A stretch of 53,510 nucleotides of DNA from Deltaproteobacteria bacterium (GTDB lineage Bacteria; Desulfobacterota; GWC2-55-46). The first letter of the stretch is position 1. Each line of letters begins with the position of its first letter. Of the stretch, positions 44,828 to 53,510 are shown piece after piece. Below the pieces are notes generated by a model. It was given only the letters and a program-made list of their open reading frames with translations. It was not told the origin of the DNA and did no database searches. A program made the position numbers and the translations under genes. The DNA lies in contig JACRCE010000013.1 of NCBI GenBank assembly GCA_016213015.1, positions 1-53,510 on the forward strand, given 5' to 3'.

Positions 44828-46816
44828 ATGAAGAAATTCTCGTGTCCGTACTGCGGCGTAGGATGCGGTCTTGCCTACGCAAACGGGCGTATAATTGGTG
44901 ACAAGAAACATCCGGCGTCGTTTGGCGACGTATGCAAAAAACCGCTTTACTACCATAAGGTCATTGACAAGGGCAGGATACCATATCCCATGTACAGGGA
45001 GCATAAAGGCCGCGACTTCCAAAGGATAAGCTGGGAACGCGCCTATGGAATAATCGCCGACAAGCTCTCGACCCTAAGCGCAAAAGAGCTGTATTTTTAT
45101 CTGTCCGGCCAACTACTCACTGAGGATATATACGTCATAAACAAGTTCGTCAAGGGCTGTCTCAAGACAAACAACATAGACGCCAATTCCAGACTCTGCA
45201 TGGTATCCGCAGTGGCGGCGTACAAGATGGCCTTCGGCTCAGACGGGCCGCCCGGTTCATATGAGGATATCGACGACGCCGACTCCTTTGTGTTCATAGG
45301 CTCGAACGCGAAGTGGACATTCCCTGTCTTGTTCAAAAAAGTCATGAAAAGGAAACGGGCATTCCCTGACGCCAAGGTGGTAACCATCGACCCGGTGAGA
45401 ACGGAGACGGCAGGGGATTCGGACCGCTTCATACAGATAAACGCAGGCACGGACGTCGTGTTCTTGAACGCGGTGCTTAATATCCTTTACAGGGGGAATG
45501 CCCTTGATCGCGAATTCATCGCGAGCTGCACGGAAGGCATCGAGGCCGCGCTGGAAGAGGCCGGCAAGCACACCCTTGCGACCGCGATGAACATCTGCGG
45601 GGTGAGGGAGGAAGAGTTCCATTACGTCGCCGATTTGTTTGCACATAGCGGCAAGCTCTTGTCCTTTTACTGTCAGGGGGTAAATCAATCGTCGAACGGC
45701 ACCATGAAGAACCTCGCGCTGCTGAACCTCCATCTCGCAACCGGCAGGGTCAACGCTGGAGGAACCCCCTTTTCTTTAACTGGCCAATCCAACGCAATGG
45801 GCGGCAGGGAGGTCGGGTATCTAGTCTACGGCCTCCCTGGGTACAGGGACGTAAGGAACGCCGAGGACAGGGAGTACATGGAGCGATACTGGTCCATCGG
45901 CAACGGGAGCATAAGCCCAACGCCTGGCAGGAGCATACTACAGGCCGTAACGTCGGATCGCACAAAACTTTTCTGGGTTACCGGCACGAACCCGGCGGTC
46001 TCCATGCCGAATCTCAGAGAGGTGAGAGGCGCGCTCGGCGAGAGTTTCCTTATAGTTCAGGACGCTTACTTCAATGACACTGCGGGCCTCGCCAATCTCC
46101 TGCTACCGGCCGCCCAGATCGGCGAAAAGGATGGCGTTATGACAGGCTCCGACAGGCTTGTAACGCTGTGTGAAAGGTTTATCAAGCCGCACGGAGAATC
46201 CAAGCCGGATTGGCTGATATTTTCCGAGTTGGCAAGGCGCATGGGCTTTGCCCGCCAGTTCTCGTACGAGCGCTCCGAGCAGATATTCATGGAGTATAGA
46301 GGCGCAACGGAGGGGAGGCTGTGCGACATATCCGGCTTTGGATATCACGACCTCCCGAGGAGGTGGGGCGGAAAATGGCTTTACAAAGACCTGAAGTTTC
46401 CAACGCCGTCCGGCAGGGCGCGTTTTGTGCCCGCTGAGTTTCTTCATCCCATTCATGAAGGCGCCTTCGTTATGCTGACGGGAAGGAGTAAGAACCAGTG
46501 GCACACCATGACGAGAACAGGGAAGAGCCATGAGCTTTTATTGGGTGAAGAGCCTTATTTGCTTATCAACCCTCATGACGCCGATGAGTTGAGCATAAGA
46601 GAGTTAGACACGGTGTCCATAAGGTCGGCCAACGGCGTCGTGGAGAGAAAGGCGCTGCTCGGCGACGTGAAGAAGGGGCATCTGTTCGTCCCCTTTGGAT
46701 TCCCTTCCGAATACGGAAAACCTGTCAACGTCGTTGTCAGCGACAGACAGGACCATGTATCGGGACAGCCTGATTTGAAGTTTACCTACGTCCACCTTTC
46801 CAGAGCAACGGCATGA
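44828..46816 (+). CDS. Molybdopterin oxidoreductase, assimilatory nitrate reductase (NasA/NarB)-like
   Basis: CPYCGVGCG...C [4Fe-4S] motif, NNIDANSRLCM, SLTGQSNAMGGRE and QWHTMTRTG. No Tat signal. Confidence 0.88.
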   Translation: MKKFSCPYCGVGCGLAYANGRIIGDKKHPASFGDVCKKPLYYHKVIDKGRIPYPMYREHKGRDFQRISWERAYGIIADKLSTLSAKELYFYLSGQLLTEDIYVINKFVKGCLKTNNIDANSRLCMVSAVAAYKMAFGSDGPPGSYEDIDDADSFVFIGSNAKWTFPVLFKKVMKRKRAFPDAKVVTIDPVRTETAGDSDRFIQINAGTDVVFLNAVLNILYRGNALDREFIASCTEGIEAALEEAGKHTLATAMNICGVREEEFHYVADLFAHSGKLLSFYCQGVNQSSNGTMKNLALLNLHLATGRVNAGGTPFSLTGQSNAMGGREVGYLVYGLPGYRDVRNAEDREYMERYWSIGNGSISPTPGRSILQAVTSDRTKLFWVTGTNPAVSMPNLREVRGALGESFLIVQDAYFNDTAGLANLLLPAAQIGEKDGVMTGSDRLVTLCERFIKPHGESKPDWLIFSELARRMGFARQFSYERSEQIFMEYRGATEGRLCDISGFGYHDLPRRWGGKWLYKDLKFPTPSGRARFVPAEFLHPIHEGAFVMLTGRSKNQWHTMTRTGKSHELLLGEEPYLLINPHDADELSIRELDTVSIRSANGVVERKALLGDVKKGHLFVPFGFPSEYGKPVNVVVSDRQDHVSGQPDLKFTYVHLSRATA

Positions 46817-46836
46817 CCGCGCGCGCCGCAAAAAAC

Positions 46837-46877
46837 AACCCCTGTGCCGTTTCATTGCACGGGGCACGGGGGTTTTC
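46837..46877 (+). terminator. Possible intrinsic terminator (possibly bidirectional)
   Basis: aacccctgtgcc...ggcacgggggtt(tt) stem with an upstream A-run, between convergent genes. Confidence 0.5.
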
Positions 46878-46956
46878 TACGGTTAAGAGAGGCGTTGAAC
46901 CTCTCTCTTCAGGCGGCCTTCTTGCCCTCTTTGATGCCTTCCTCGGTCAGCATAGG

Positions 46957-47027
46957 GGGTCGGGTCTGCTTTATTGCCATCTTCATAATTATGTAATGTC
47001 AAGAAAGTAGACCTGACCCCTTTTGCT
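46957..47027. repeat. REP-like palindromic element, copy 2
   Basis: Direct repeat of 44598-44668. Confidence 0.9.
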
Positions 47028-47043
47028 TTTATCAATGCCTTAG

Positions 47044-50000
47044 TCACGGCCTTATCGCCCGCTTTACGCCCCTCAGGTCGTCGAACAACGAATAGACCAC
47101 CGGCACGACAAGCAGGGTTACCAGCAGGCACATCGCCTGACCGCCGACTATTACTATGGCCATTGACGCCCTTGACATGGCGCCGTCGCCCCTTGCAAGG
47201 GTTACCGGCAGCATACCCGCGATGATCGCAAGCGTCGTCATGAGTATGGGCCTCAAGCGCACCTTGTTTGCCTGCATCTGCGCCTCCATGCGCTCCATGC
47301 CGCGCCCTCTGAGCGTGTTCGTGTAGTCGATCTGAAGTATGGCGTTCTTCTTCACCACGCCTATGAGCACGAACATGCCCATTATGCTGTAGATATTCAG
47401 GGACGAACCCGCGACTATCACGCTCAGGATGCCGAACGGGATGGAGAGGAATATCGAGACCATTATCGTTATGGGGTGGACGTAGCTTTCAAACTGCGCC
47501 GCAAGCACCATGTAGATGAAGATGAGGCTCAAGACGAACGCGATCATGAAGTTGAAGAACGCCTCCTTCATGAGCTTTGCCCTGCCGAGATAACTCGTCG
47601 AATACCCTGACGGCATGTTCATCTCCTTTACAATCTTGTCGGCCTTGACGGCAGCGTCGCCGAGCGCCATATCGTGCAGGTTGGATATGACCGTTATCTG
47701 CCTCTCCTGTCCGTACCGGTCTATCTGCCCGGGACTGGCCCCCTCTGCAAACGTCGCCACGTTGGAAAGTTTTACGAGCCCGCCTCTGGCCGACGGGACG
47801 GTGAGGTCTTCAAGTCCCTTTGCGTCTTTTCTGTGCTCCGGAGAGAGCCTGAGCCTTACGTTGTACTGATCCGCGCCCTGTCTGAAGAGGCCGACCTTCT
47901 CGCCTCCCACCATCGTCCTCAGGCTCGACGCTATGGTCTCGGCCTTTATGCCGAGATCGGAGGCCCTGCTTCTGTCAAGACGCACCTCTATCTCGGGGCG
48001 CTTGTATGCCTGACCCGTGTCCACGTCTACAAACCCGGGTATGGCCTTGAATCTTTTTACGAGTTCGGTTGAATATTCATCGAGCTTTTTAAGCTCCGGA
48101 CCGCGTATGACGAGATTGAAAGGCGTTGACTTGAATCCGCCGCCGGAGATCATGCCTATGTTCTGAACGCCTATCCTCAACCCCTTGAATCCCTTCAATG
48201 CGCCCCTTGCCTCCTGCATTATCTGGGCCTGACCTCTCTTGCGCTCGGACAGATGCACTAACCCGACGTAGATTGAGGCGTCCGTAACGTTCGTCTGGTA
48301 CTGGCCCCTTACGCCGATGTTGGTGAATATGCGCTCGACCTCGGGTATCTTTTTCAACTCCGCTTCAACGTCTTTAAGGAGCGCGTCGCTCCTTAAAAGA
48401 GACGACCCCGGCGGTGTCTCGACGATAACCTCGAACTCGCTCATGTCGTCGTCAACCACGAACTCGAACTTGGCCATCTTGCCGAGAGGCGCTATCGACA
48501 ACAAGATGGCGGCGGAGGCCAGCACGACGATAAGCCTCTTTCGCAGACACCAAGCAAGGAGTTTCAGGTAAACGCCCCGCAGGCACAAGTACAGGCGGCT
48601 GTCTTTCGCATGGCCAAGAGAGCGGGACCGGCCTATAAGCCTTGATGAAAGCATTGGCGTAAGCGTGAACGAGACGAGCAGGGAGATCATTATCGCAAAG
48701 GCCGCCGTCAGCCCGAAACTCTTCCAGAACCTGCCCACGAGGCCGGACATGAAGGCAACCGGCAGGAAGATGACCACGAGGGAGAGCGTTGTCGCCATGA
48801 CGGCGAGCGCGATCTCCCGCGTGCCCTCTATGGCCGCGTCGAACGCGCTCTTGGCCTCGTCTTCGGCGTGCCTGAAGATGTTCTCAAGCACTATGATGGC
48901 GTCGTCAATGACTATGCCCGTGCATACGGAAAGGGCAAGCAGGGTCATGTTGTTGAGCGTAAAACCCATATAGCGAAGGACTGTAAATGTGCCGATAATC
49001 GAGGCGGGGATGGCGAGGGCGGCCACTATGGCGGCGCGTATATTCCTTATGAAGAAAAGTATTATGAGGCTTGCAAGGAATGCGCCCTCTATAAGGTGCT
49101 TTTGCACCTGCGAGACGGCGAGCTTGATGAATCTGGATTGATCCGTTACCACCTGCACGGAAACGTCGGGCGGCAGGGACCGGCGTATCTCGTCAAGGCC
49201 GGCCTTCACGCCGTCAACGACCTTTACCGTATTCGTCCCGGACTGCTTGCGTATGAGAAGAGACACCGCGTTTTGCCCGTCAAGCCGCGATATGGTCCTC
49301 GGCTCTTCCTCGGCGTCGAGGGAGGCGCCGATATCCTTGATACGCACCGGCGCGCCCTTGTAATCGGCCACGATGAGGTCTGAAAAATCATCGATAGTCT
49401 CAAGGCGCGCAAGGGTGCGAACTCCTGTTTCGCTCTCTCGCCACGTGAGACGGCCTCCCGGGACCTCGGCGTTTTGCCGCCTTATGGCGTCCTTGACCAG
49501 GGCAATGGACAGGCCGTAAGCCTTGAGCCTTTCCGGGTCTATTACAATCTGCGCCTCGCGCACCCGTCCGCCCACGACGGTGATAGCCCCTACGTCCTTT
49601 ACGACCTCAAGCTGTTTTTTAAGCCTCTTGTCCGCAAGCTCGGTTATCTCCCTCTGACTCCTCTTGCCGCTCACCACGAGGCTCATGACGGCGGAGGCGT
49701 CCGGATCGAACTTTTCTATCACCGGCGAATCCGTGCCCGGCGGAAGCTGGGCAACGATGGCGCCGACCTTTTCCCTTACCTCGTTGGCGGCGACGTCGAT
49801 GTTTTTTTCAAGCAGGAACGTCGCAAAGACCTGCGACTGGCCCTCTATCGTCGTGGAGCGCAGTTCGTCCATGCCGGCGATGGTGTTTACGGCCTCCTCG
49901 ACGCGCTTGGTTATCTGCGTCTCCATCTCCTCCGGACTTGCGCCTTCAAGCCGCGTCGTGATGGTTACGGTGGGCAGGTCCACCTTCGGAAAAAGATCGA

Positions 50001-50100
50001 CGCCGAGTTCCATGTACGAGGCAAGGCCGAGCACCACGAGGCTCGCTATGAGCATCGTGGCGAAGACCGGCCTTCTTATACATATCTCATAAAGCGACAT
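47044..50100 (-). CDS. RND efflux permease (AcrB/AcrD/AcrF family)
   Basis: CIRRPVFA, GIVIDDAIIVLENI and RLRPILMTT; 1018 aa. Confidence 0.96.
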   Translation of the reverse strand: MSLYEICIRRPVFATMLIASLVVLGLASYMELGVDLFPKVDLPTVTITTRLEGASPEEMETQITKRVEEAVNTIAGMDELRSTTIEGQSQVFATFLLEKNIDVAANEVREKVGAIVAQLPPGTDSPVIEKFDPDASAVMSLVVSGKRSQREITELADKRLKKQLEVVKDVGAITVVGGRVREAQIVIDPERLKAYGLSIALVKDAIRRQNAEVPGGRLTWRESETGVRTLARLETIDDFSDLIVADYKGAPVRIKDIGASLDAEEEPRTISRLDGQNAVSLLIRKQSGTNTVKVVDGVKAGLDEIRRSLPPDVSVQVVTDQSRFIKLAVSQVQKHLIEGAFLASLIILFFIRNIRAAIVAALAIPASIIGTFTVLRYMGFTLNNMTLLALSVCTGIVIDDAIIVLENIFRHAEDEAKSAFDAAIEGTREIALAVMATTLSLVVIFLPVAFMSGLVGRFWKSFGLTAAFAIMISLLVSFTLTPMLSSRLIGRSRSLGHAKDSRLYLCLRGVYLKLLAWCLRKRLIVVLASAAILLSIAPLGKMAKFEFVVDDDMSEFEVIVETPPGSSLLRSDALLKDVEAELKKIPEVERIFTNIGVRGQYQTNVTDASIYVGLVHLSERKRGQAQIMQEARGALKGFKGLRIGVQNIGMISGGGFKSTPFNLVIRGPELKKLDEYSTELVKRFKAIPGFVDVDTGQAYKRPEIEVRLDRSRASDLGIKAETIASSLRTMVGGEKVGLFRQGADQYNVRLRLSPEHRKDAKGLEDLTVPSARGGLVKLSNVATFAEGASPGQIDRYGQERQITVISNLHDMALGDAAVKADKIVKEMNMPSGYSTSYLGRAKLMKEAFFNFMIAFVLSLIFIYMVLAAQFESYVHPITIMVSIFLSIPFGILSVIVAGSSLNIYSIMGMFVLIGVVKKNAILQIDYTNTLRGRGMERMEAQMQANKVRLRPILMTTLAIIAGMLPVTLARGDGAMSRASMAIVIVGGQAMCLLVTLLVVPVVYSLFDDLRGVKRAIRP

Positions 50101-50139
50101 ACCTAGTTAGGGTTGACTACGGTTCATGGTTAACGACGA

Positions 50140-51285
50140 TTAGAGACGGTTCAGGGTTGACCTTGAACCGTCTTCAACCTTCTTCTCAACGCTTACCGGC
50201 GCGCCGTCATATAGATTGGAGAGATTCGATATTGCCACGGTCTCGCCGGCCTTCACGTCTCCGATTATTTCAATCATACCGGGCGCGCCGGACGCGGCCT
50301 GCCTTGGGATGATCTTTACAAGTTTCTCTTGCGCGACGGCGCCCCGTATGACGAACACCTTAACAACGCCAGCGGACGAATATACCGCGGCCTCCGGCGC
50401 AAAAACGGCCGAGGCCTTATCATCGGTAATGATCGCAGCCTTTGCGAAGTAACCCGGCTTCAATGAGCCGTCTTCGTTGGGGCTGATTGCCTCGACCTCA
50501 AGCGTGCGCGTATCGATATCCACCGACGGACTTACCCGTTCAAGCGTCGCGCCAAACCGCCTGTCCTTGAAGGCGTCAACCGTTATCCGAACCCTGAGCC
50601 CCTTTTTAATATCCGGCGCGGCCTTTTCCGCCACTGTCCCTCTGAACTTGACCCGTCCCTTTGAAACTATGGTAAAAAGGATCGCCTTATCCCGCACCGA
50701 CTCGCCTTTGGAGACGTGCCGCTTTCTTATCACGCCGCTTATCGGCGCGGCTATCATCGTATCATGCAGACGCTTCTTCATAAGCTGCGCCCGCGCCTCG
50801 GTCTGCTTCAAACGCGCCTGAGCCTCGCTTGCGCTCGCAATTGCCACGTCATGCTCTCTTTCGGATGTCATGCCGATTTTGAAGAGCTGCTCATATCTCT
50901 TGAGGCTCGCCTCTTCCTTTTCAACGGTCTTGATCGCCGTATTGCGAGCGGCCTCGGCCTCGGCAAGATTAAGACGCGCCTCTCTATCGTCCAATACCGC
51001 CAGCACGTCCCCGTCCTCCACCACGTCGCCGAGGTCGGCCAGCATCTTGTCCACGGTTCCGGCGGTCTCGGAACTTACCGTTGCCTCGTCAAACGGATAT
51101 ATGCTGCCGATTGCCTGAACGCTCCTCTCGGAGCGATGAGCCTCTATCGAGGCCGTCTTGACCTGCATTACCCGCTCGGTCGCAGGCGCGGCCCCTTTTT
51201 TCTCAACATCGCCTGAACACCCGACGCTCGAAATAACGACGGCGACAACGAACGGATAAAAATGAATATCTCTAAAACCGCGCAT
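50140..51285 (-). CDS. RND periplasmic adaptor (MFP) lipoprotein
   Basis: SVGC lipobox, lipoyl half-motifs, IAAPISG and LKPGYFAK. Confidence 0.93.
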   Translation of the reverse strand: MRGFRDIHFYPFVVAVVISSVGCSGDVEKKGAAPATERVMQVKTASIEAHRSERSVQAIGSIYPFDEATVSSETAGTVDKMLADLGDVVEDGDVLAVLDDREARLNLAEAEAARNTAIKTVEKEEASLKRYEQLFKIGMTSEREHDVAIASASEAQARLKQTEARAQLMKKRLHDTMIAAPISGVIRKRHVSKGESVRDKAILFTIVSKGRVKFRGTVAEKAAPDIKKGLRVRITVDAFKDRRFGATLERVSPSVDIDTRTLEVEAISPNEDGSLKPGYFAKAAIITDDKASAVFAPEAAVYSSAGVVKVFVIRGAVAQEKLVKIIPRQAASGAPGMIEIIGDVKAGETVAISNLSNLYDGAPVSVEKKVEDGSRSTLNRL

Positions 51286-51296
51286 ATAACTATCCC

Positions 51297-52604
51297 CTAT
51301 TTTTCAAGCTCCTCGAGAAGAGAGCCTATTACAACCTTGTATTCCAACTTCGACAACTCATAGTCATACGTCGAATTCATTAAGGAACTCTGCGCCGATA
51401 TCAGCGTCGCGTCCGCGTCTATTATATCCACCGTGGTTGCAAGACCGTACTTGAACTGCTCGAAGACCATCTTGTAATCCTCCTCGGCAAATGCGTTCTG
51501 CCTTTTGTAAGACTCGATAACCGCCTTTGCGGTATTCATGCGATTTACGGCCTCGGTGATCTGCAAGGCGATGTCGCGCTTCAAGGCAAGCCGCTTGAAG
51601 TCCGCCTCCCTTGCCTTGCTCCTTGCCTCGGAGACCTCGGCAATCCTCAACCCCCCCTCGAATATCGGAAAGGTCAGCACGGCCGCGCCGTATACGCTCT
51701 CCTTCTGGAAGAAGGTCGTGTGAGGCTCCTGTTCCTTCCATGAGTATGCGCCCTCAAGCCTGAGCGACGGATAATAACCGCTCTCCGCGTAATCAACGCC
51801 CGCTTCAAGGGCGTCCTTTTCAAGGATGCTTTGCCTGTAATCGAGCCTGTCGGCATACGCCGCCTTTATGGCGTCCTCATGACTATGAATCGGCAAGGGC
51901 TTCAAGGGCGGTTCAACCGGATCGAAATCCTCGGTTATGCCTACAACCCTTTTAAGAAGATTTCGCGCATTCACGGCTTCACCGTCGGCTTTAATAAGGT
52001 CGGCCTCGGCTCCGGCTGCCACGGCCTCCGCGCGAAGCGCCGCGGACTTGGTAAGCTCTCCAACCTTTAGCCGCGCCGTGGCCACCTTCCTTCTTTCATC
52101 GGCCCTTTTAAGCGCCGCCTTCTTTATCTCCACGTCCTTCAACGCCTTCAGCGCCCCGAAGTAGGCGCGGGCAACGGCGCGCATCACGGCCTCCCGCGCG
52201 GCATTGAAACCAAGACGCATCTTGTCGAGGGTCGAAGCGGCTTGGCGTCTGGCCGCCCATTCGCGCCCTCCTGAATATAAAGGCTGAGTAAGTTTGACGT
52301 CGATGCGGGAGGAATCATCAGGCTGGATGGTGAACGTTCCCGACTTGACCTCTTTTGAATAAGCGGTATAACTTCCCTCGGCGTTGAGTTTCGGAAGGAG
52401 TTGAGAGAACGCCTTGTCATAATTGGCGTCGGCCTGAACAATCCCCTCTTCGGCCATCCCGACGTATTCATGGTTTTCGACGGCAAGGCGGTATGCCTCG
52501 GCCAGGGTTACGACCCTTTTCGAGCCGTCCGCGACGCTCGGCGACGGAAAGACTAAAAGTATAAGCGCGGCAACTACGGTTGACAAAAGAGCGCCAGGCG
52601 TCAT
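51297..52604 (-). CDS. TolC-family outer membrane efflux protein
   Basis: LTQPLYSGG, PIFEGG and FKYGLATTVDIIDA. Confidence 0.93.
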   Translation of the reverse strand: MTPGALLSTVVAALILLVFPSPSVADGSKRVVTLAEAYRLAVENHEYVGMAEEGIVQADANYDKAFSQLLPKLNAEGSYTAYSKEVKSGTFTIQPDDSSRIDVKLTQPLYSGGREWAARRQAASTLDKMRLGFNAAREAVMRAVARAYFGALKALKDVEIKKAALKRADERRKVATARLKVGELTKSAALRAEAVAAGAEADLIKADGEAVNARNLLKRVVGITEDFDPVEPPLKPLPIHSHEDAIKAAYADRLDYRQSILEKDALEAGVDYAESGYYPSLRLEGAYSWKEQEPHTTFFQKESVYGAAVLTFPIFEGGLRIAEVSEARSKAREADFKRLALKRDIALQITEAVNRMNTAKAVIESYKRQNAFAEEDYKMVFEQFKYGLATTVDIIDADATLISAQSSLMNSTYDYELSKLEYKVVIGSLLEELEK

Positions 52605-52605
52605 A

Positions 52606-53229
52606 TCATCTCCTCCTCATGCCTTCAAAGAATATATCTACGAACGCATCTACCGCCTTTGCGTTGGGCCTTTTGTAGTACCGCTTCAATCCGTAGACCT
52701 CCTGAGAAAAGCTGTAATGGAGCACCATGCCTACGAGCGCCCTCGCCGCAAGGGATGCGTCCGTTTTCCTGAAAACACCCTGCTTTATGAGCGCCTTGAT
52801 TTGCGCCTCCAGAAACTCTATGAACTCAAGCCCCTTTGTCTTTATGAATATCTCGGACAGGTCGTGGCCTTCAAGCGCGCTGTAGGTCAGGAGGCGCAAA
52901 AAAGCGCTGTCCTTCTGATGTTCGGATATGAGATATGAGGCCACCGTTGAAAAGACCTCCCTGCCTTCGACGCCCTTTAGTTTGCCGTACAGGATCGACT
53001 CGCCCTGTTTATCGTTGCAACGGGCGTCTATGATGGCTGTGTACAGGTCCTGCTTCCTTGCGAAATGCCTGAATATGACCGCCTCGCTGATTGACGCCTT
53101 TTCCGCTATCTCCCGCGTGGTGGTGCCCTTGAAGCCCTTCTTGGCAAAGAGCCGCATCGCCACCTTGACTATCTGGGAGCGCCTGTCCGGCCCGCTCATC
53201 CTTGTCTTTCCGATATCGTCGTTTTTCAT
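52606..53229 (-). CDS. TetR/AcrR-family regulator
   Basis: LFAKKGFKGTTTREIAEKASISEAVIFRHF. Confidence 0.95.
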   Translation of the reverse strand: MKNDDIGKTRMSGPDRRSQIVKVAMRLFAKKGFKGTTTREIAEKASISEAVIFRHFARKQDLYTAIIDARCNDKQGESILYGKLKGVEGREVFSTVASYLISEHQKDSAFLRLLTYSALEGHDLSEIFIKTKGLEFIEFLEAQIKALIKQGVFRKTDASLAARALVGMVLHYSFSQEVYGLKRYYKRPNAKAVDAFVDIFFEGMRRR

Positions 53230-53253
53230 GCCCGCCTTTTGGACGCCTATGTA

Positions 53254-53293
53254 AGTAAGCGCTTACTCTACACCATGTTCGAACGGACGTCAA
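53254..53293 (-). promoter_or_regulatory. Efflux operon promoter with overlapping palindromic operator
   Basis: TTGACG-17nt-TAGAGT on the minus strand; perfect palindrome AGTAAGCGCTTACT (53254-53267) overlaps the -10/+1 region. Confidence 0.7.
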
Positions 53294-53366
53294 GAGGTTC
53301 AACGCGGAAAAATATCCTTTTCAAGGGCGCCTGCTGAAGATTCCCGGCAAAACGCCGATCGCTCGT

Positions 53367-53510
53367 TAAGGAAGCTCTGATTAATTCGCCGACCCGTCAT
53401 TCTCGCGCAGCGTAGAATCTCGTCTTCAAGGAAATCAACAACTTAGAGATTGCCGCGCCCAGCGCCACTTTGTTGCACGAAGGAATTTGCCAAGGAACAC
53501 GCTTTCATAA
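53367..53510. mobile_element. MITE family B copy with nested 70-bp element (from 53458, reverse orientation), truncated by the window
   Basis: TAAGGAAGCTCTGATTAATTC end; AATCTCGTCTTCAAGGAAATCAA shared with the 38271 copy; CCCAGCGCCACTTTG. Confidence 0.8.

Noticed and set aside
46880-46953. DUF6429-like fragment (MLTEEGIKEGKKAA) on the minus strand beside the REP
   Set aside because: Too short to support without a search.
47044-53229. TetR-TolC-MFP-RND operon as novel
   Set aside because: Ordinary, intact efflux operon architecture.

Overview
A GC-rich bacterial chromosome segment; gene content suggests a Desulfobacterota/'Deltaproteobacteria'-like organism (inference). The left ~34 kb is a divergently transcribed secretion and cytochrome locus. 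Reading leftward is a 10-gene type II secretion (Gsp/Pil-like, OxpG-type) operon, followed by a multiheme cytochrome gene that the window edge truncates and the ORF track misses. Reading rightward is a ~23 kb run of Sec-exported proteins: an SBBP beta-propeller protein, a ~10-heme cytochrome, a small monoheme cytochrome, an NHL protein, a 5-heme cytochrome, and a 4765-aa protein. The giant protein has 15 CxxCH motifs plus 2 variant motifs in its N-terminal head, followed by LamG, propeller, FN3-like and NHL adhesin-type modules. A nucleotidyltransferase TA-like pair sits inside this run, bracketed by an exact 41-bp duplication. The locus ends at an integrase remnant next to tRNA-Pro. The middle holds the housekeeping block tRNA-Val-thrS-infC-rpmI-rplT-pheS-pheT-ihfA-merR-tRNA-Pro. 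Most of its intergenic gaps contain MITE/REP-like elements, and a 70-bp element is repeatedly nested inside them. The right end has small TA genes, a REP-flanked NasA/NarB-like molybdoenzyme gene and a TetR-TolC-MFP-RND efflux operon. All calls come from reading the sequence by eye; no searches were run.
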